From assembly GCA_002633005.1 (NCBI GenBank), contig NMRA01000026.1:1665599-1729598 (forward strand): DNA of 64,000 nt, written 5' to 3'. The position numbers and the translations under genes were made by a program. This document shows positions 1-13,870 of this stretch, piece after piece (within the stretch, counting starts at the first letter, position 1; each line of letters begins with the position of its first letter). This DNA is from Phoronis australis (lineage: Eukaryota; Animalia; Phoronida). The notes beneath the pieces were generated by a model, which worked only from the letters and a program-made list of their open reading frames with translations, made no database searches and was not told the DNA's origin.

Positions 1-3000
1 TTCCTGACAAAGTTGTTCATTATAAAATGATAAGATGATCGGATGAGTATTAGGCATGGCTAATCCGACTCCAAGACTATATCAACTAATAAAGACCAAA
101 TGGTTTACCTTAGGGAGCATGCCATCATAAACACCACCACTGCAGTGAGAATTATGTGTCAAACAGATAAGAGATCTTGCAAGTTTTTCAGCTAGTGCTC
201 TGTTTAGTGGACTGAGATGGAACATAACAAGCGCGCAGAACAACATTACACCAGAAAAAAGATATCGCCATCACATTTCTTTGAAACCAATTTATAATCG
301 ATTTCCAATATATAAATATATTCAAAAAAAGATTTAAAGATAATAATCAAAGTAAACAAGCCTGTATGTCTGTCAAACACAAGACACACACAACCTGTGG
401 AATGCTTTTACCATTTCTGGCATAACAACTATCAAACATTTTGAACAAGGGATCATTCACAACAATGCTGAAGCCCTAATAAAAATGGAAAAGTGCATTT
501 TTAACAATTCCTGTTTTAAAAAAATGTTGAGATTTGCAGATAACTTAAGCCATGATGATTGAACTAAGGTCTCAAGCTGCTGTTGGCCATTGCAACCATG
601 AAATAATTTGAAAAAAGGGACATTCACAACAATATCAGAACCCATAGTGAAAATGAAAAAGTCTTTTTTCACAATTCTTTTTAAGTGAAAATTTTGAGAT
701 TTTGACAATACTTAAGCAGGGATCATACTAGAAAAACTTGGGTATGGGTGAATTGACCCAAGCAGTCTCAATTCTATGGGCCAATTTGGATAACCCAAGG
801 TCTTGCTAATACTAGTTTTTTGTCCCTTTAAGCTCCCAATTTGAATGGACCCATTGGCCTGAGTTAAGCAATCACAGTGCATCAACGGCATTATTTTTTA
901 TGCCAGTGACATGAGGTGCTTCATTCTTGAACGACTAGATTGAATGGCCGTCCATCTAAGGACAAACACACACAATGAGTAAAAACAGTGTCATTAGCAT
1001 ACCTGTGTCTAGGGGTATGTCTCAGGCACTGAAGACTGAATGTGACGTCTTTCATCTAATTACATGCATTTAGGTGAACCAACAAACTTGGTTAGACCAT
1101 CTAAAAAATACTTTTACATAATAATAACTTGTATACATGTGTGCTTCAGACCATGTAATGACTGGCTGGAATGAATTTGTTTCACAGCATGAGTTTTTGG
1201 TATGCCAACTAAAAATCATTCACAAAATGACAGAGAGCATTTAGGAGTGACACGACCTATATACGCAAATAAGATCTGTAGACAATAACTGCAGTTCTGA
1301 AATCTTGTCATTATCGACAAAAATGATTTCACTCCGCCAAGCCCTAAAGGCATTGTGAAGCTAAATTCCAAGACAAGTTGACTGAATTCCTATGCAACAC
1401 CCTAAATGCTTAACGCTTGAATGTGCAAAAACAGCTGAGTTAACAACTAATCCAGAACAAGGCATACTATAATTTTCTGCAGAATAGCAAGTCACTGTTT
1501 AGACCAGAAATAAGACCTTCAGACATCAAGTAGTTTGTTCTGAGTCCAAGCAATCACCTCATAGGAAACATTCCACATGCAGAAACTTAGAATTAAACTG
1601 AAAACGTCTTTTGCTCAATCTATTTCTAATTCTGAAAAGCAAAACCGGCCAAGTTGACAGCGATGAAACATAATTTCTGTCGTTCACAGACACTGTGACA
1701 TTTTAGTGTGAATCATTTATTCCATCATACAGTAGTGAAAATTTGATGACATGGTGATGGCAAAGAATTTAATGCTGGAAAATACCCCCTTTGCTTGCAG
1801 TGAATCCACACAAGAATGCAGCACCTGTCTACCAACAAGCATGTTTTACCATGTGTCTGCTATATTGGAAAATGGATATTCCACAAGCTTGCCATAGAAA
1901 CATGGGTTAGACCAAACATAACATAACAACAGTAACAACATCAACAAATTAGCTAGTTGACAAGACAACATGAAAGCCAACAAAGATATGAGCACTGATA
2001 CCATTTCAATATTCAATCAACCACTCAGTAGGCATAAAAAAGTGTGCTCTGAATAGGCAATGCTATTCACAGGCCACTCAACTAGTTCACAAACTCCTGC
2101 TCTAATAATCAACTGAAACAAGGAAGTTTGTCACCATTAGTCGACATTGTATGCTGCAGAAACATCAAGGTACATTACCACACAGCGCCAGTCTCTTGGA
2201 CTGAAAACGTTTTTATTCACAACAACAAACAATCGAGTGTAAACAAAAAATATTTACAACATAAACAATTTTAAGTCACCTTCCCCATTCCCCAGGCGCC
2301 TTGCAACAAATTTTGCATTCTGATTTGTTCATTGCAGCAGAATGAAATACAAAGCGATTTCATAAACCTATCAGTGCACCCTGGACATAGGCTGTGACCA
2401 CCCACAACTGAGGTAGAAAGTTTTATAGGACTCTTGAGGCCATAAAACTTCAGTATCCTATTGTCCAGGTTGAGAACTGCGATAAACCGTCTCCCCTTCA
2501 ACATCAATATCTAACTCTTTTCGTTATCATTTAACAAAAAGAAACAAAAATGTAAAAATAAATCTATTCCAAAAACAATTGAGTTAAAAACTGTGCTTGT
2601 TGACAAAAATGCAGTGCCCACCCTACATGGATAATTGTATTAAACACCAGACAGAGCCACCATGAATTCCCACAATGGCTAACATAATGCCACAATAATA
2701 TAGAAGTGCTAATGATGACACTGTAAATAGGGTGGACACAATAGCACCTCCTTGGGCTATTCATTCTCCAGCAGTAAGCAGGACAGTTTACTCAATTACC
2801 CATATCTGATAACTGGTCATTTTGGCCAGTTAAACACCATGAAATAAGCCACCCAGCATACCAGCAATTTTTAGAAGGGTACCTAGTGACAGAGTGTGTC
2901 CATGCACGTTCTACGACAATATTTTTGGTTTTTGAACAACAGTAATTCCTTTTTCATGACAACATGTTGGCTGCATGTAACAGCCAAATGCTCCTCTAAG

Positions 3001-6000
3001 TGTGAAAAACATCGTTTTCTGGCATTTCTTCAACGACAGTATCCCACCACTTAATGCTTTGAACTTATGATCCGTGTATATCACACCTGACTTCAGATAT
3101 TGGTCAACTGTCAAATCTCGGAAACTGGTTAAGTCCTAGACTTTGATAAAAACTAGGAAACCACGGGCCCAGCAGATCTCAGAAAGAAAAAAGGAAAAGA
3201 ACATGAGGGATAATACATTAAAACAGCTGCCTTACTGACAAATGACGTCAACACTAAATATGGCTACGAGGACCCATCCTCAAGGGAGACTAAATCGAGT
3301 GTGTAGTTCTTATTCAAATATTCAGTGATATCAAATCACACTGCACCATATGAACTTTAAATATTGAAGGTGATCCAGTTACACTGATGAAACACTCTAG
3401 TGTCTACACCCATTGTAAGGAAACCTCGGTAACGCATTCAGTAACTATTTACCATAGAATACGACAAACGAGTAAAAAGTGTCTTCTCAATTTTTTTAAC
3501 AAAATTAGAAAAAAGTATATGGCTTGTTTTGAACAGCTGTCAAAATACAACAACAGACAAAACTTGACTCTAATCTGCAAAAAGTAGACAGGCTTCGAAA
3601 AAGTTGACTTGGCAATTCTTTTTGTGTAAAATCACAGAAGAATTGCCATATTTGGCAATTTTGAAAACAGACCTCACGCTAGTTTATATAAACAATGACT
3701 GTGATGAATATAAATCAAAATTGACAAGCACAATTTGTTTTTCACAGCAGCCAGCCACAGAGGGTCAAATATTCATAGGCTCATCAATGATTAATGCAAA
3801 AGGAGACATACAGAATCCAAATATGCCATTCAGCCAGCGATCTTTTCCAAATGAAATGATATCCAGTGATCCACAGTCATTTACAGGTGAAGTATGGCAC
3901 ACCGCCTACATATGTCTGGCAAAAACGTATCTTCTGCAGAGTTTCTCTACTTTTGCTTTCTTGATGAACTCACAGAAGTAATTCATTAGATCATGATTTA
4001 GTACAACAGCTTGTGACATTTTAAAAAAAAAATATTGCAAAAGATGTGACAAATGTTTTAACATGTCCAGTTATTCTAACAATAACAATAATGGGTAAAA
4101 ATAAGAGTAAAATTTTTGTTGGCTGGTCTCACCCCAGATGATCAACCATGTTGACTTGAAGTATTGTTCCAGCAGCTATACAGTGTAGACAACATGAGCA
4201 AGAAAGCAAAAATTTTCTACGTTTCTTTTGCTGCTAATAGCAAAACCATAAACGGTACTTTTCTTCAATATTGTATGCTCAATATGTTAAGAATTTCCAG
4301 TCATGCAAATGCATTCTATGTTGCAGGCCCTTCCGTTATACAAACTGCAGTTTCAAATATGTTGATTTTGCTCCTCTTTCCTCGCCTACATTTTGAGAAA
4401 ATTTTATGAAGCAAACAACAGCCATAACCCTCTCCTTTCCAGTCTGAACTTTCCTGCGATTTTTCTCAACAAGTATGAATGACCCAGCAAGGCCAGCATC
4501 AATATTGAACATTTTCTGATGCGCAGCCGGCTGTAAAGCCAGGCATCATAATCTGCCACAAGCCAGCCAATTAACACGACACAAGCCTCCAGTTGTTTAC
4601 CAACAGGACTCTACTAATGAGAACAGGCCAAGGTCTGTGCCAGACACATGTCTTTGTGTGGATCTACTAATGAGGGACAAGAACTCACCAAGCATAATCA
4701 GGTGACAACAGTGGGGGAGTGTGGCAGTCACCACACAAGAAGTTTCCTGACTCCACCAACAGTACACAGTGGCCAGACAAAAATGACAAGATCTGCACAG
4801 GGTAATTCTTCACCAATTTAGTGCACAATATGGCTGACAAGTGAAACTCTATTTTTTCAAAGTTTCTACACAAATCTAAAGATTAAGAAACATGTTAGTC
4901 AATTATTAGCATGGTTTGTACTGAGTAGATGTCATAAAACGTGCAAACTTTTGGCAAATTTTCCGTTATTTACAGTATTTTTGTGCAAAATAAGCGGAGA
5001 ATAACAGCACCAGGGCAGTGCACTGAATATAGCACTAAGAGCTATAGTAACAATTTTCATTTTTATTACACTTCTTGGTTCAAAAATCTTTAGTTTGTAC
5101 AAAACAGCACAGCTATCTTTACTATGTGTATGCTTGTTAAGTTGCTGAGACCTTTTCTGCAGAAATTATTCAAGAATAGTTGAAGCCAGAAATGTACATC
5201 CCTGTCATCATAGTTGAGTCATGACTTTCCATTCATTGAACTTTGCATTAAGCTTGTACCTCATTCATTACACATCCCGCTATAATTGGCCAAAGACAGA
5301 GATAAAATGTCTAATTCAATCAAGTAAAATATCAACTGCTCTTGTGAATGCTCTTCTGAACACATTTGTTAAACCATGCTTGCTGATTCATTCAGATATT
5401 CCTAAACCTAGACTTTCAATTAGAACAGCATACCAGATAATTCCAAACAGATTTTTACAAACACCGTCATAAAAATTAAACAGGAAGTCATTATTTACAG
5501 TGTGAGTCCTGTCTAATTTTGGACAGCTCCAACTAGCCAGCCAAGAGGCCTGCTGGCCTAACCTGCTGAATTCAATTAGATAGAAACTGTGTCCCCATCC
5601 TGTCATCCAATTAAACTAGTGACCAGCTGACTGGTCAGTGATGATGTCCACTCACAATCCCCTGAACATGTCTTGTAGTTCTTTTTCACAGGCCAAATTA
5701 TTCTACCATTTAGTTTTACTTATCTTTGATATTATTAGGTCAGCAGTTATCAAAGAAGTGGTCAAAATCAACAGAACAAGAATCGAAATCTGTTCCACAT
5801 GTAAAAATCTTGCTTGCCCATGTAAGGCAAGAACATTTGGATAAAATGTCTAGCTGGATAATTTACAGCATAAAAATTCCACTTCAATCCAAGCAGCTAT
5901 GAGCCTCATCTTGTGGCTAGGTTAATGCCCAGATTAAATGTGTGCTTACTGTGCTAAATATCTTTGAATATCGCAATAGAACGGCAGTAAATTCATAGCA

Positions 6001-7664
6001 AAATGGATATTTGACAGCAAGTGGTAATTCAGCAGAAATTCACAAGGTAACCAAGAGAGAAAAAACAAGAGCAAATCTCGGCTGAGCCTAGGAAACAGTT
6101 ACTGAGCTAACACCAAACTCTTGTCCAGACATTTTCCTTCCTGAATACCATTTTCATGGCTAATCATATTTAGCTATGCTTCACAAGTACTTAAGTCTTA
6201 ACACACTGAAGGCAAGTTTACGATCTCTAGTAAGAAACTATGTAGGTGGCAGGCCCATTAAAAAACATCAAAGGCATTTCACATTCTAAAAGAAAAAACC
6301 ACACACAACACAAAAATTATGGTGGTGAAAGTTTGTGTGGAGAATGTGGTCACTGACTGTTTGTTCCTTCCAATTTGCCTACACATATTTTAAATAAATA
6401 TGTTTCACAAAGGAAAATACTTTGTGTAAGCAAACCCATGGTTAAACTCTCAAATCAAAGGGTTCTAGTGGTAATGTTTCAAACCTATTTAGTGTACTCA
6501 GGGAACAACAGACTAACTTTCATAGGTAGTGACTGTGTATAAAGGTAGGAACTTTTCACACAATTACCTCCATTGTTGAGGTATAATGTTGCATTCTGAA
6601 AAGGCAAAGGCAAAGGGCAGTCTAGGAATGGGGCTTTATTGAGTCCATAGGGTATTCACTGCTGAGTACATAAACAGCCAGGGCAGAATTTAAGAAAACA
6701 AAATGAGGTCTTTGGAATAACATTTACCCACCTTGGTAAACTTCTGAGGAAGTCTGTGCCACACAGAATGAGAGTACGATACACAAACTGTTGTCATAAC
6801 TCAACTTTGAAATCAGTAGAATGTTTTGTAACTAGTGATAAATCCTAAGACCATGTCTATCTCTTACAGCTGGTTAAACAAACACCAAGATTGCAATAGA
6901 CTTTTTCCTCTCATAAAATCAGTCTCATAATATTCAGCACAATGATGAGATTCTATTTCCATTACAAACAAGAATATCAAAACCATCAGTGATTCAAGAA
7001 AATGTTTCAGAATTTATTCTAGTTCACCAACCCTAAAATTATGGGCTCAGAAATGGTGCACATACGTCATTCGTGACTGGAGCAATAACTCAACATTGGA
7101 TGGACATGGTAAGCACTTTGGGTAAGAATTCAATATGGACTGCTAAGCAAGGAGGAAATGCAGCTCTAAATGTTGAGACATGATAAATTAAAGGCACATT
7201 TTACAGCAAAAGAACCCCTAATTCTTTTCCAATAAACAATTTGGTATTTGGCTGTTCAACATGGTAGGTAGAATTCTCATTAATTTATCTCCACAAACAA
7301 AAATATAATATTATGTAGTAAAAATCAATTTCATCAGTTTTTTCTGGGCTTGACATGGACATGCATGCTAATTATGTAAAAACCAGTGTGCAGCACTTCT
7401 TTTCTTACTTCACACAAACATAAGTACAGACCAAGCTAATTAAAGTTATCTCATTATTTATTTTGATCCAAAATTTGACAGCATTTGGGCACAATATCAC
7501 TGTCACTTAATTCTTACATATAATGCATAAAACATAATGGGCTAAACACTAATGAATTAATTCTATATACAAAAGTTTTAATTATTTAGCTTCCCTTCAG
7601 CAAGGCATGGAAGGCTGGTGTCTATGACATCACTGAATTCTTACATCATACACTTAACACTACA

Positions 7665-8534
7665 ATGAACACAGAGTCACCACCCTTGAACACAGAGCCA
7701 ACACCGGAGCACCACCAAAATTCTACTTACAATGAACTGGATTCTTGGTACGGTTTCCTGGTTCATTTTAAAGAAGAGTTCAAGAAGAATAACTTCCTGT
7801 TCAGAATAAATGACAATGTTGAGAATTTCACAAAATGTCGCTGGCCAGTGCACCATCATCTCTTCCTGACCTATCGTCTCATCATGGTAGTGAATCAGAT
7901 CACATGGATGGTCCTCGGAATGACCATTTTCTGGCGGGAAGGTGGTGACATTCGGAAATGGATTATTCTTCCACCAAGCTGGACAGAAATTATTGTCAAC
8001 TCCTACTATCTATTGGCTTTAGTGTCCTATATGAAATTCCACATTATTCACAAGCAAATCGCAACAGAAGCTAAGCAAGCACAGAGACATAATCATCTAC
8101 CTTGGGACGTTACCTTACAATGGGCCATTTTTTATACCGCATTCTTTGCAAGCCAACACCGAATCTTTGTACAAATTCGCCAACTAGAAACCATCACATC
8201 GAACCATGACAACATTTACAATGTAGTCATAACAGCTATTCTCCTACTTCTGGAGATATTTTTTGTCACATATCCATTTCGCATTCTGCACTGCTGGAGT
8301 ATATGTGTGGTTTTTATGGTATACATCACCTTTTCTATAATCTATTGGGCAGCAGGCGGCAGAGGGATTTGGAACGAACCATACATCATATCAACATTGG
8401 ACTATGACAACTACCCACTACCTATTGCTGGAGCATTGACTGTTGCTTTGTTAGTAATCATTCCAACAAATAATTTAATCATGTTTCTCCTATGTTGCTT
8501 AAGACAATGGATGTACTACCACATTGTTAAATGA
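7665..8534 (+). CDS. Protein rolling stone-like multi-pass membrane protein (intronless CDS, 289 aa)
   Basis: Long ORF with about 6 hydrophobic segments. Motifs FLTYRLIM, LPWDVTLQWAIF and LLEIFFVTYPFRILHCW...YITFSIIYWAAGG...EPYIISTLDY match the rolling stone family pattern as I recall it (P.RllH...Y..FsliYw..GG....pYIY..LDw). A splice acceptor (ttcccttcag, ending 7600) suggests an upstream non-coding exon. Confidence 0.8.
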   Translation: MNTESPPLNTEPTPEHHQNSTYNELDSWYGFLVHFKEEFKKNNFLFRINDNVENFTKCRWPVHHHLFLTYRLIMVVNQITWMVLGMTIFWREGGDIRKWIILPPSWTEIIVNSYYLLALVSYMKFHIIHKQIATEAKQAQRHNHLPWDVTLQWAIFYTAFFASQHRIFVQIRQLETITSNHDNIYNVVITAILLLLEIFFVTYPFRILHCWSICVVFMVYITFSIIYWAAGGRGIWNEPYIISTLDYDNYPLPIAGALTVALLVIIPTNNLIMFLLCCLRQWMYYHIVK

Positions 8535-11500
8535 CAATGGTCGACTGTTTAATGTAAAACTACTTATGGCTCCACGGGTACTTAGGCATTGTACAATTAA
8601 GTACCTTTACTATGGATTTTTAACATAGAATATTGCAGTAATTCTTCAAATTTGTGGTCATTCAATATCACAATAAGTTATTAAAATGATTACAAGGGAA
8701 AAGCAACAAGGTGAAAGTAGCTTTTGATTCTTGCCTAAAGGGCATTTTACATCAACGTGTCGACGTTTTATAGAATGTTGGTCAATAAGAACAGTTAACT
8801 TAGTCTAGGGTTGCATTTAACAGCAGAGTGTCGACAATTGGGCATGGTATGAATGGTTGACTTTTGTGTTTGATACTGATAATGGCATCTGTTTTGGTAT
8901 TATTTGATATTTTTCACTATTCTACCACAAGCACTTGATTATTTATAATCCCACCTTAAACACGATAATTCGAAATTAAAAATATGACTGCGTGACATTT
9001 TCCGATAGACATCTTACAATACGTAAGTTCGATGCTCTACACATCAAACTGTGATAACTTCAGTGTCTGCTCATCACCAGAGGTGGTGTGAAAGGTTCAA
9101 CTAACTTAGCAGTGTACATCAACACTCCTCTGGAAAGCGTCTAGAGTTGAGTTGGTGTGAAACAAAAACAGGCCAAAATGCTAACATCTGATCAGCCAGT
9201 GTATATTGACTGTGGGTAGGTAACCACCTATTATTTACTCAGTATGTCTGCCACGGTACACTCCATGTCAACGAACAACACCACCTCATGGGGAAAGTTG
9301 TTGGCTCATACAGGTGTTCCAGATACATCAGCCACATACCTGCCAGCAATAGGTGATCACCTAATAGCAAGCCTTTGGTTATACTGTGGTCAGTGAACAA
9401 GTACCCTATAAAAAGGGAAGGCTGAGACCACTACCTTTGCCCTAGCTCAGAAAAGAACAACAAAAAACAGTTCATATTTAACACCATTGTTCAGATATTT
9501 GTATATTTAAGGTACTTAGTCAGGGACATCCTTTGAACCGGATGTACCGTCTTCCTTTAGTCTAGCAAGTGTAGTCCCAATTTTGGACAAAAACGACTGC
9601 AAAATTACATCTCTTGCATTTTATGGGTTTCAAATGTGGTAAAATCCAAAGCCGCCAGAAAGATGCCACAATTGTATACATGTCCACGCATGCACTCAAA
9701 ATACCGCAAGAAGTTAACGGGTTTGCCACAATGAATTCTGGGAGTTGACGTTATACTAAGCATTGAGGCCTGTTATTGCACCATTTAAAAAAAGAAACCA
9801 AAATTTCACCTGTTTTAAATGGGTGAGATTCTACCCATCTTTATCAACTCTGAAACAATTGACTTAAACAATCTGCGATCTCAGCAAACCTGATAATGAA
9901 TGTAACGACTGGATAATATCAAAATATTCGACCAAAAGTCAAGTAACTATTGACAGCTAAGTGTCTGGATCTTAACAGTGGTCTTGTCACACTGATTATC
10001 ACCATGGACTAGTTTCACAAAAATAACTTCAGAAATTTGGTCTTACGCTATACACAACTATTTTCAAATAATAACATAATCTCACTTCAGCAAGTACAAA
10101 GACTTTTGGAATAAACCCAGAGTTACCAATATTATTTTATCAGTTATCAGTTGGGAATGCCCATAGCAACTCAAAACTTAGTTTGATTCCAAGCCACGGA
10201 ATAAAACAAAAACAGATTTGGTGCTGCCTGTCTTCTGTGAAAAGCCGGGGAAGATAAAATTTCACCCAGTTGCCATGTTGTATCTTAAATTACTGAGATT
10301 TTACCATAGGAGAAAAACTACAGAGCTTTCCAGAAAGAATTTTCATCAATGAAGATAGAGATAAACACAGAACTCTTCAAAAGCACTCAAATCCAATAAA
10401 TGATAAGTAGTGCAAACGTAAGTAGAAACAGCATTAAATGCTTAAACAATTCATTGTTTTGTACGATAACTGCTTATCACTAGTGTACCATCCACTCATA
10501 GGTTTACCCTAGAACATGTTACTCCCGGAATGAGTTGTTGCAAGGTTTGGAGGCTATGTGGATGCTATTTAAACCAGTGCAACTTGCCCTACTTCAACAA
10601 GTTACTCTACCTTATCGAGATAGGTAACTTGTTCTGGGGTAACTTGTGCCACTTCTACTCACTGCGTGGCTGCAAAACTTTGGCAAGGTGGAAGTAAATA
10701 TCTGCTGCGATAACATAGGCACCTCTTCTTTTGCGCACGGTGTTCACGTTGTCATGAACAGAACAACAACTTCCACCTTTTCCTTGTTTCCGGGTATGTA
10801 TGTGTGGACGCTCCAAAGAAAGTGGGGCAAATATTGTACTGCCACCCAAGATACAACCTAGTTTGCAGCAATTTAGATCAAATAGTTCTACTCGATAACA
10901 GCAAGTACAGCTCTTTTACCTGACGGCAGACGGAGTTGTTGAAATTAACCAATGACGTCAGAGGTTAGAATGCAGTCTGTTCAGCAGTTCACAACACGCT
11001 TACTGGTGTAAGCTTATTGCTTCAATTCATCATTTTACAGCAATAAATCATCAAAATTCAATGTAAAACCCTTACTAATACATCGAGTTATTGAACAAAC
11101 GTGTTATTTTATTTCGCTGTTATGGTTTTTGAGGTATTTGAACGTACCGTAGCCTACAAGTTTGGTAAGCCAATTTACCTTACCAAGGTCGGTCACCGGA
11201 GTTTGCGGTGTGTTCGACCGTGAAATACATACAGGAGAACATAGCTGTGTGTTGTAATTTTAGACTTGCGATTTTTTCTGTTCTAAACACACAAAATGCT
11301 TGCTATCGCAGCCAGTGGCTCGGAACCCGATCAGGACTATCACGGCCGGACTGAAGACATCACGGACATAAACCAGCCAAAGTTGAAAACTAAACTCCCA
11401 GTCACAAAAAGACTATACTATTGAGTCAAAGAAAAAATGTGCATGAGATTATTTTGGTGAATTAGCTGCAAAACTGCAAATCTGCTTACCAGCTCGTTGG

Positions 11501-11959
11501 GGGCCGCGAAGTCAGGTTACCGACCGTTCCACAAAACCGTCAGGGCAAAAGTTTTACAGCAACAATGATTCGAACAATGTACATGATGTCTAAATAAAGA
11601 TTACCCTATCATCTGACCGTAGGATATAAAATCGAGTCATTGTTTCACAATAGCTTTCTGTCAGCAAACACTGAATTAGCATGAACTCACAAGGACTAGG
11701 TGCCCAGTCAATTAGTTTTTTGTTTCTAAAGCCAATAACGCTGTGATTTATTCATTGCTGGCTTCTCAAACCATTTGCACTCATGAACACTCCACGGCAT
11801 TATAAATTGCATCTAACGAGGAGAGTTTGTTTCAGTTTTATATACTTAAGAATAACTTATTTTGCAAGAGAAAGCACAATAATTAACGTCAACGTGACAA
11901 CTCGCAATCCCAATTTAGACGAGTACTCATCCAACAAAGACTTCACAGGTTGAACGTTA

Positions 11960-12250
11960 GGTTTCATCGGCTATCAGTTTGAACCGGAGTACACTGATCA
12001 AGAAATAATAAAGAGGCTCAGTGAACGTCCACAAACAATGGAACATATTAATAGTTCCGAAAACCACCCATAACTTGTCATGGTGTCAGTGACTGAGCTA
12101 ACTGCACAATAATAGAAACAACTGACGCTAGCATTTGCTGACACAAAATTCCGCAAGTGAAACGCCTTCTTGGAGAACCACAGATACGTCTCACGGACCA
12201 TCCTGATTTTGCAATGGATCTAAACAGAGGTGTGCTTACGACGTTTTTTT
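11960..12250 (+). pseudogene. P2X7 C-terminal ballast / KolX-like Cys-rich fragment (disrupted)
   Basis: Across stops and frameshifts: GYQFEPEYTDQEI ... SWCQ* / NCTIIETTDASIC*HKIPQVKRLLGEPQIRLTDHPDFAMDLNRGVL. This resembles the recalled consensus YxFEP...WCxCxNCxxMxTxxExxCCxE...CITxHPxF...LNxxVL. Confidence 0.6.
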
Positions 12251-12450
12251 AGAGCTGAGAAAAAGAACAGGTGAAAAAAATCCTACACCCAGAGGACCAA
12301 ACAGAAGCCTCATGAATGAGTCAGTCATCGAACAGGTTATATAAAACATTATGTTCTTAGGCCTTGACTTAATTGTAATTGTAATTGTTTATGATTTCAT
12401 GACCAACTACAATTCTCTATAATCAAAAACTAATCAACACCAGATCCGAC

Positions 12451-12635
12451 GAAATGCAGGCCACTAAAAGACACGGAGAAGTTTTATGGCATCATACTTG
12501 GTATTACTTTTCATTCTTCATTACTGCGAGCCACTTCCGAAGCATAATGGACTTTTGAGGAAATCGAAAAAACAATATACTCGCTTTGTTCGCACCTTCA
12601 TAATTCGCACAAGCGGGAATGATACACCACACCAT
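12451..12635 (-). pseudogene. THAP zinc-finger fragment (disrupted)
   Basis: MVWCIIPACAN...FFRFPQKSIMLRKWLAVM, then after a stop and frameshifts LRVF/GLHF. This is the C-x4-C, FFRFP, W and RVCxxHF pattern of THAP. Confidence 0.7.
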
Positions 12636-12816
12636 AGCGCCACTCACTCTGCAAAGAACCACTGACGTCGCTGCGTCGTTTCTCACCTTCCTCACAGGTT
12701 AACGCGACATCTCTCGGCAAGGTAAGATCGACCGTATACGAGGTGATGTGGACATAGACCAATTACGATGGTAAAAAAACTAATTAAATCGGGTGGTATT
12801 CTCCTTTAATTTTGTT

Positions 12817-13352
12817 TTAAAGGTTGTGTGTGACCCTAGAAAAGTGTCCAAATTTAACAAACCTTGGAATACCTCAGAAATGATGGATTGGGTTTCAATG
12901 AAACTTTTGGGTACTATACTTTATGCACCATTCTCAAAAACTTTTAGAAATTACTTTTTAAAATATACAGTTAAACTTTTACATGAACAGACTTTTATGA
13001 TTTTCATGAAAAAATGGTTATCTACATGAAAACAAAGAGATATTTTAGAAAACTGAAACAAAGTTTTTGATATCACATTTTGAACACTTAAATCTTAAGA
13101 AATGCTTTTCCTGTTATCAATGATGTTTTGCAATCAATGTCTCCTTTTCTGAATTATTACGTGACCAAATTAATAGCAGGTCAGTAAAGTCAAAAATCAA
13201 ATTCTACAGACTTTCTTCTTTCAGAAAATGTACTTTTACTGAATTGTTCGAATTACGTAGACATGACTTTATAAGTTTTGAATTTTTCCTCAAATACAGT
13301 GTTTGACACTTGATTGCCAATGTTTCAGAATTTTCTGGGGTCACAGATAATA
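12817..13352. mobile_element. Non-autonomous TIR element, Kolobok-like (starts TTAA-AGG), old
   Basis: Imperfect inverted ends: aggttgtgtgtgaccctagaaaa at 12821 versus ttttctggggtcacagataata at 13331-13352. TTAA at the left end; the right TTAA is eroded. Confidence 0.45.
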
Positions 13353-13870
13353 TTTTTTCATGAGTATTGTCAGAGAATGCAACAAAATTTCAAGCATGTT
13401 TAATCAGCCTGTATTTGTTTCTTAATTTCCACATCAAACCCACACACTGGGCAATAATGCCAGTTTAAAAGAACAAGTAGTGGTTCACCTATAAGCTAAA
13501 GTTGCACATGGGTTAGAATTTCTGTTCAAACATGTTTTGCGCAAAGCAGCAAGACTGAGAAAAAATTCTGGCATACAATGCAACACAAAAACTTTTCTTG
13601 GTAACAGGATAAGCATTAGGACACCTTTTTAAGGCAATGTGCACCACTTGATTTTCTTGAGTTTCTTTTAAGTGCACCAACAGGATTAGTTGTACACACC
13701 TATGTAAACAACTCTCATAAATGGCAAATCCAAGTGCATCCTAAGTGTCAGGACCCATCAACACACTTGGATTTTCCAAACCTAACATCACATTTACAGA
13801 ACTTTAAAAAGTTTATACAATTTGTTATTTGAGTAAGCATAAGTAACCCCTCTAGAGAAAAGCACCTTAC

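Larger units (their letters stand above)
11960..12809. mobile_element. Decayed Kolobok-like DNA transposon relic (THAP fragment on -, KolX/P2X7-ballast-like fragment on +, TTAA-AGG terminus)
   Basis: The right end reads TTAA|AGGAGAATACCACC on the minus strand (TTAA at 12806-12809) and is followed by the THAP start. A convergent Cys-rich fragment lies on the plus strand. The left terminus was not found. Confidence 0.55.

Noticed and set aside
4685-4873. Minus-strand ORF ending at a GTGAGT donor
   Set aside because: No similarity to DOK7 or any family I recognise.
10646-10861. GC-richer overlapping short ORFs as DOK7 exon 3 or an alternative exon
   Set aside because: A minus-strand GTGAGT donor exists, but the translations I checked do not resemble the DOK7 PH continuation.
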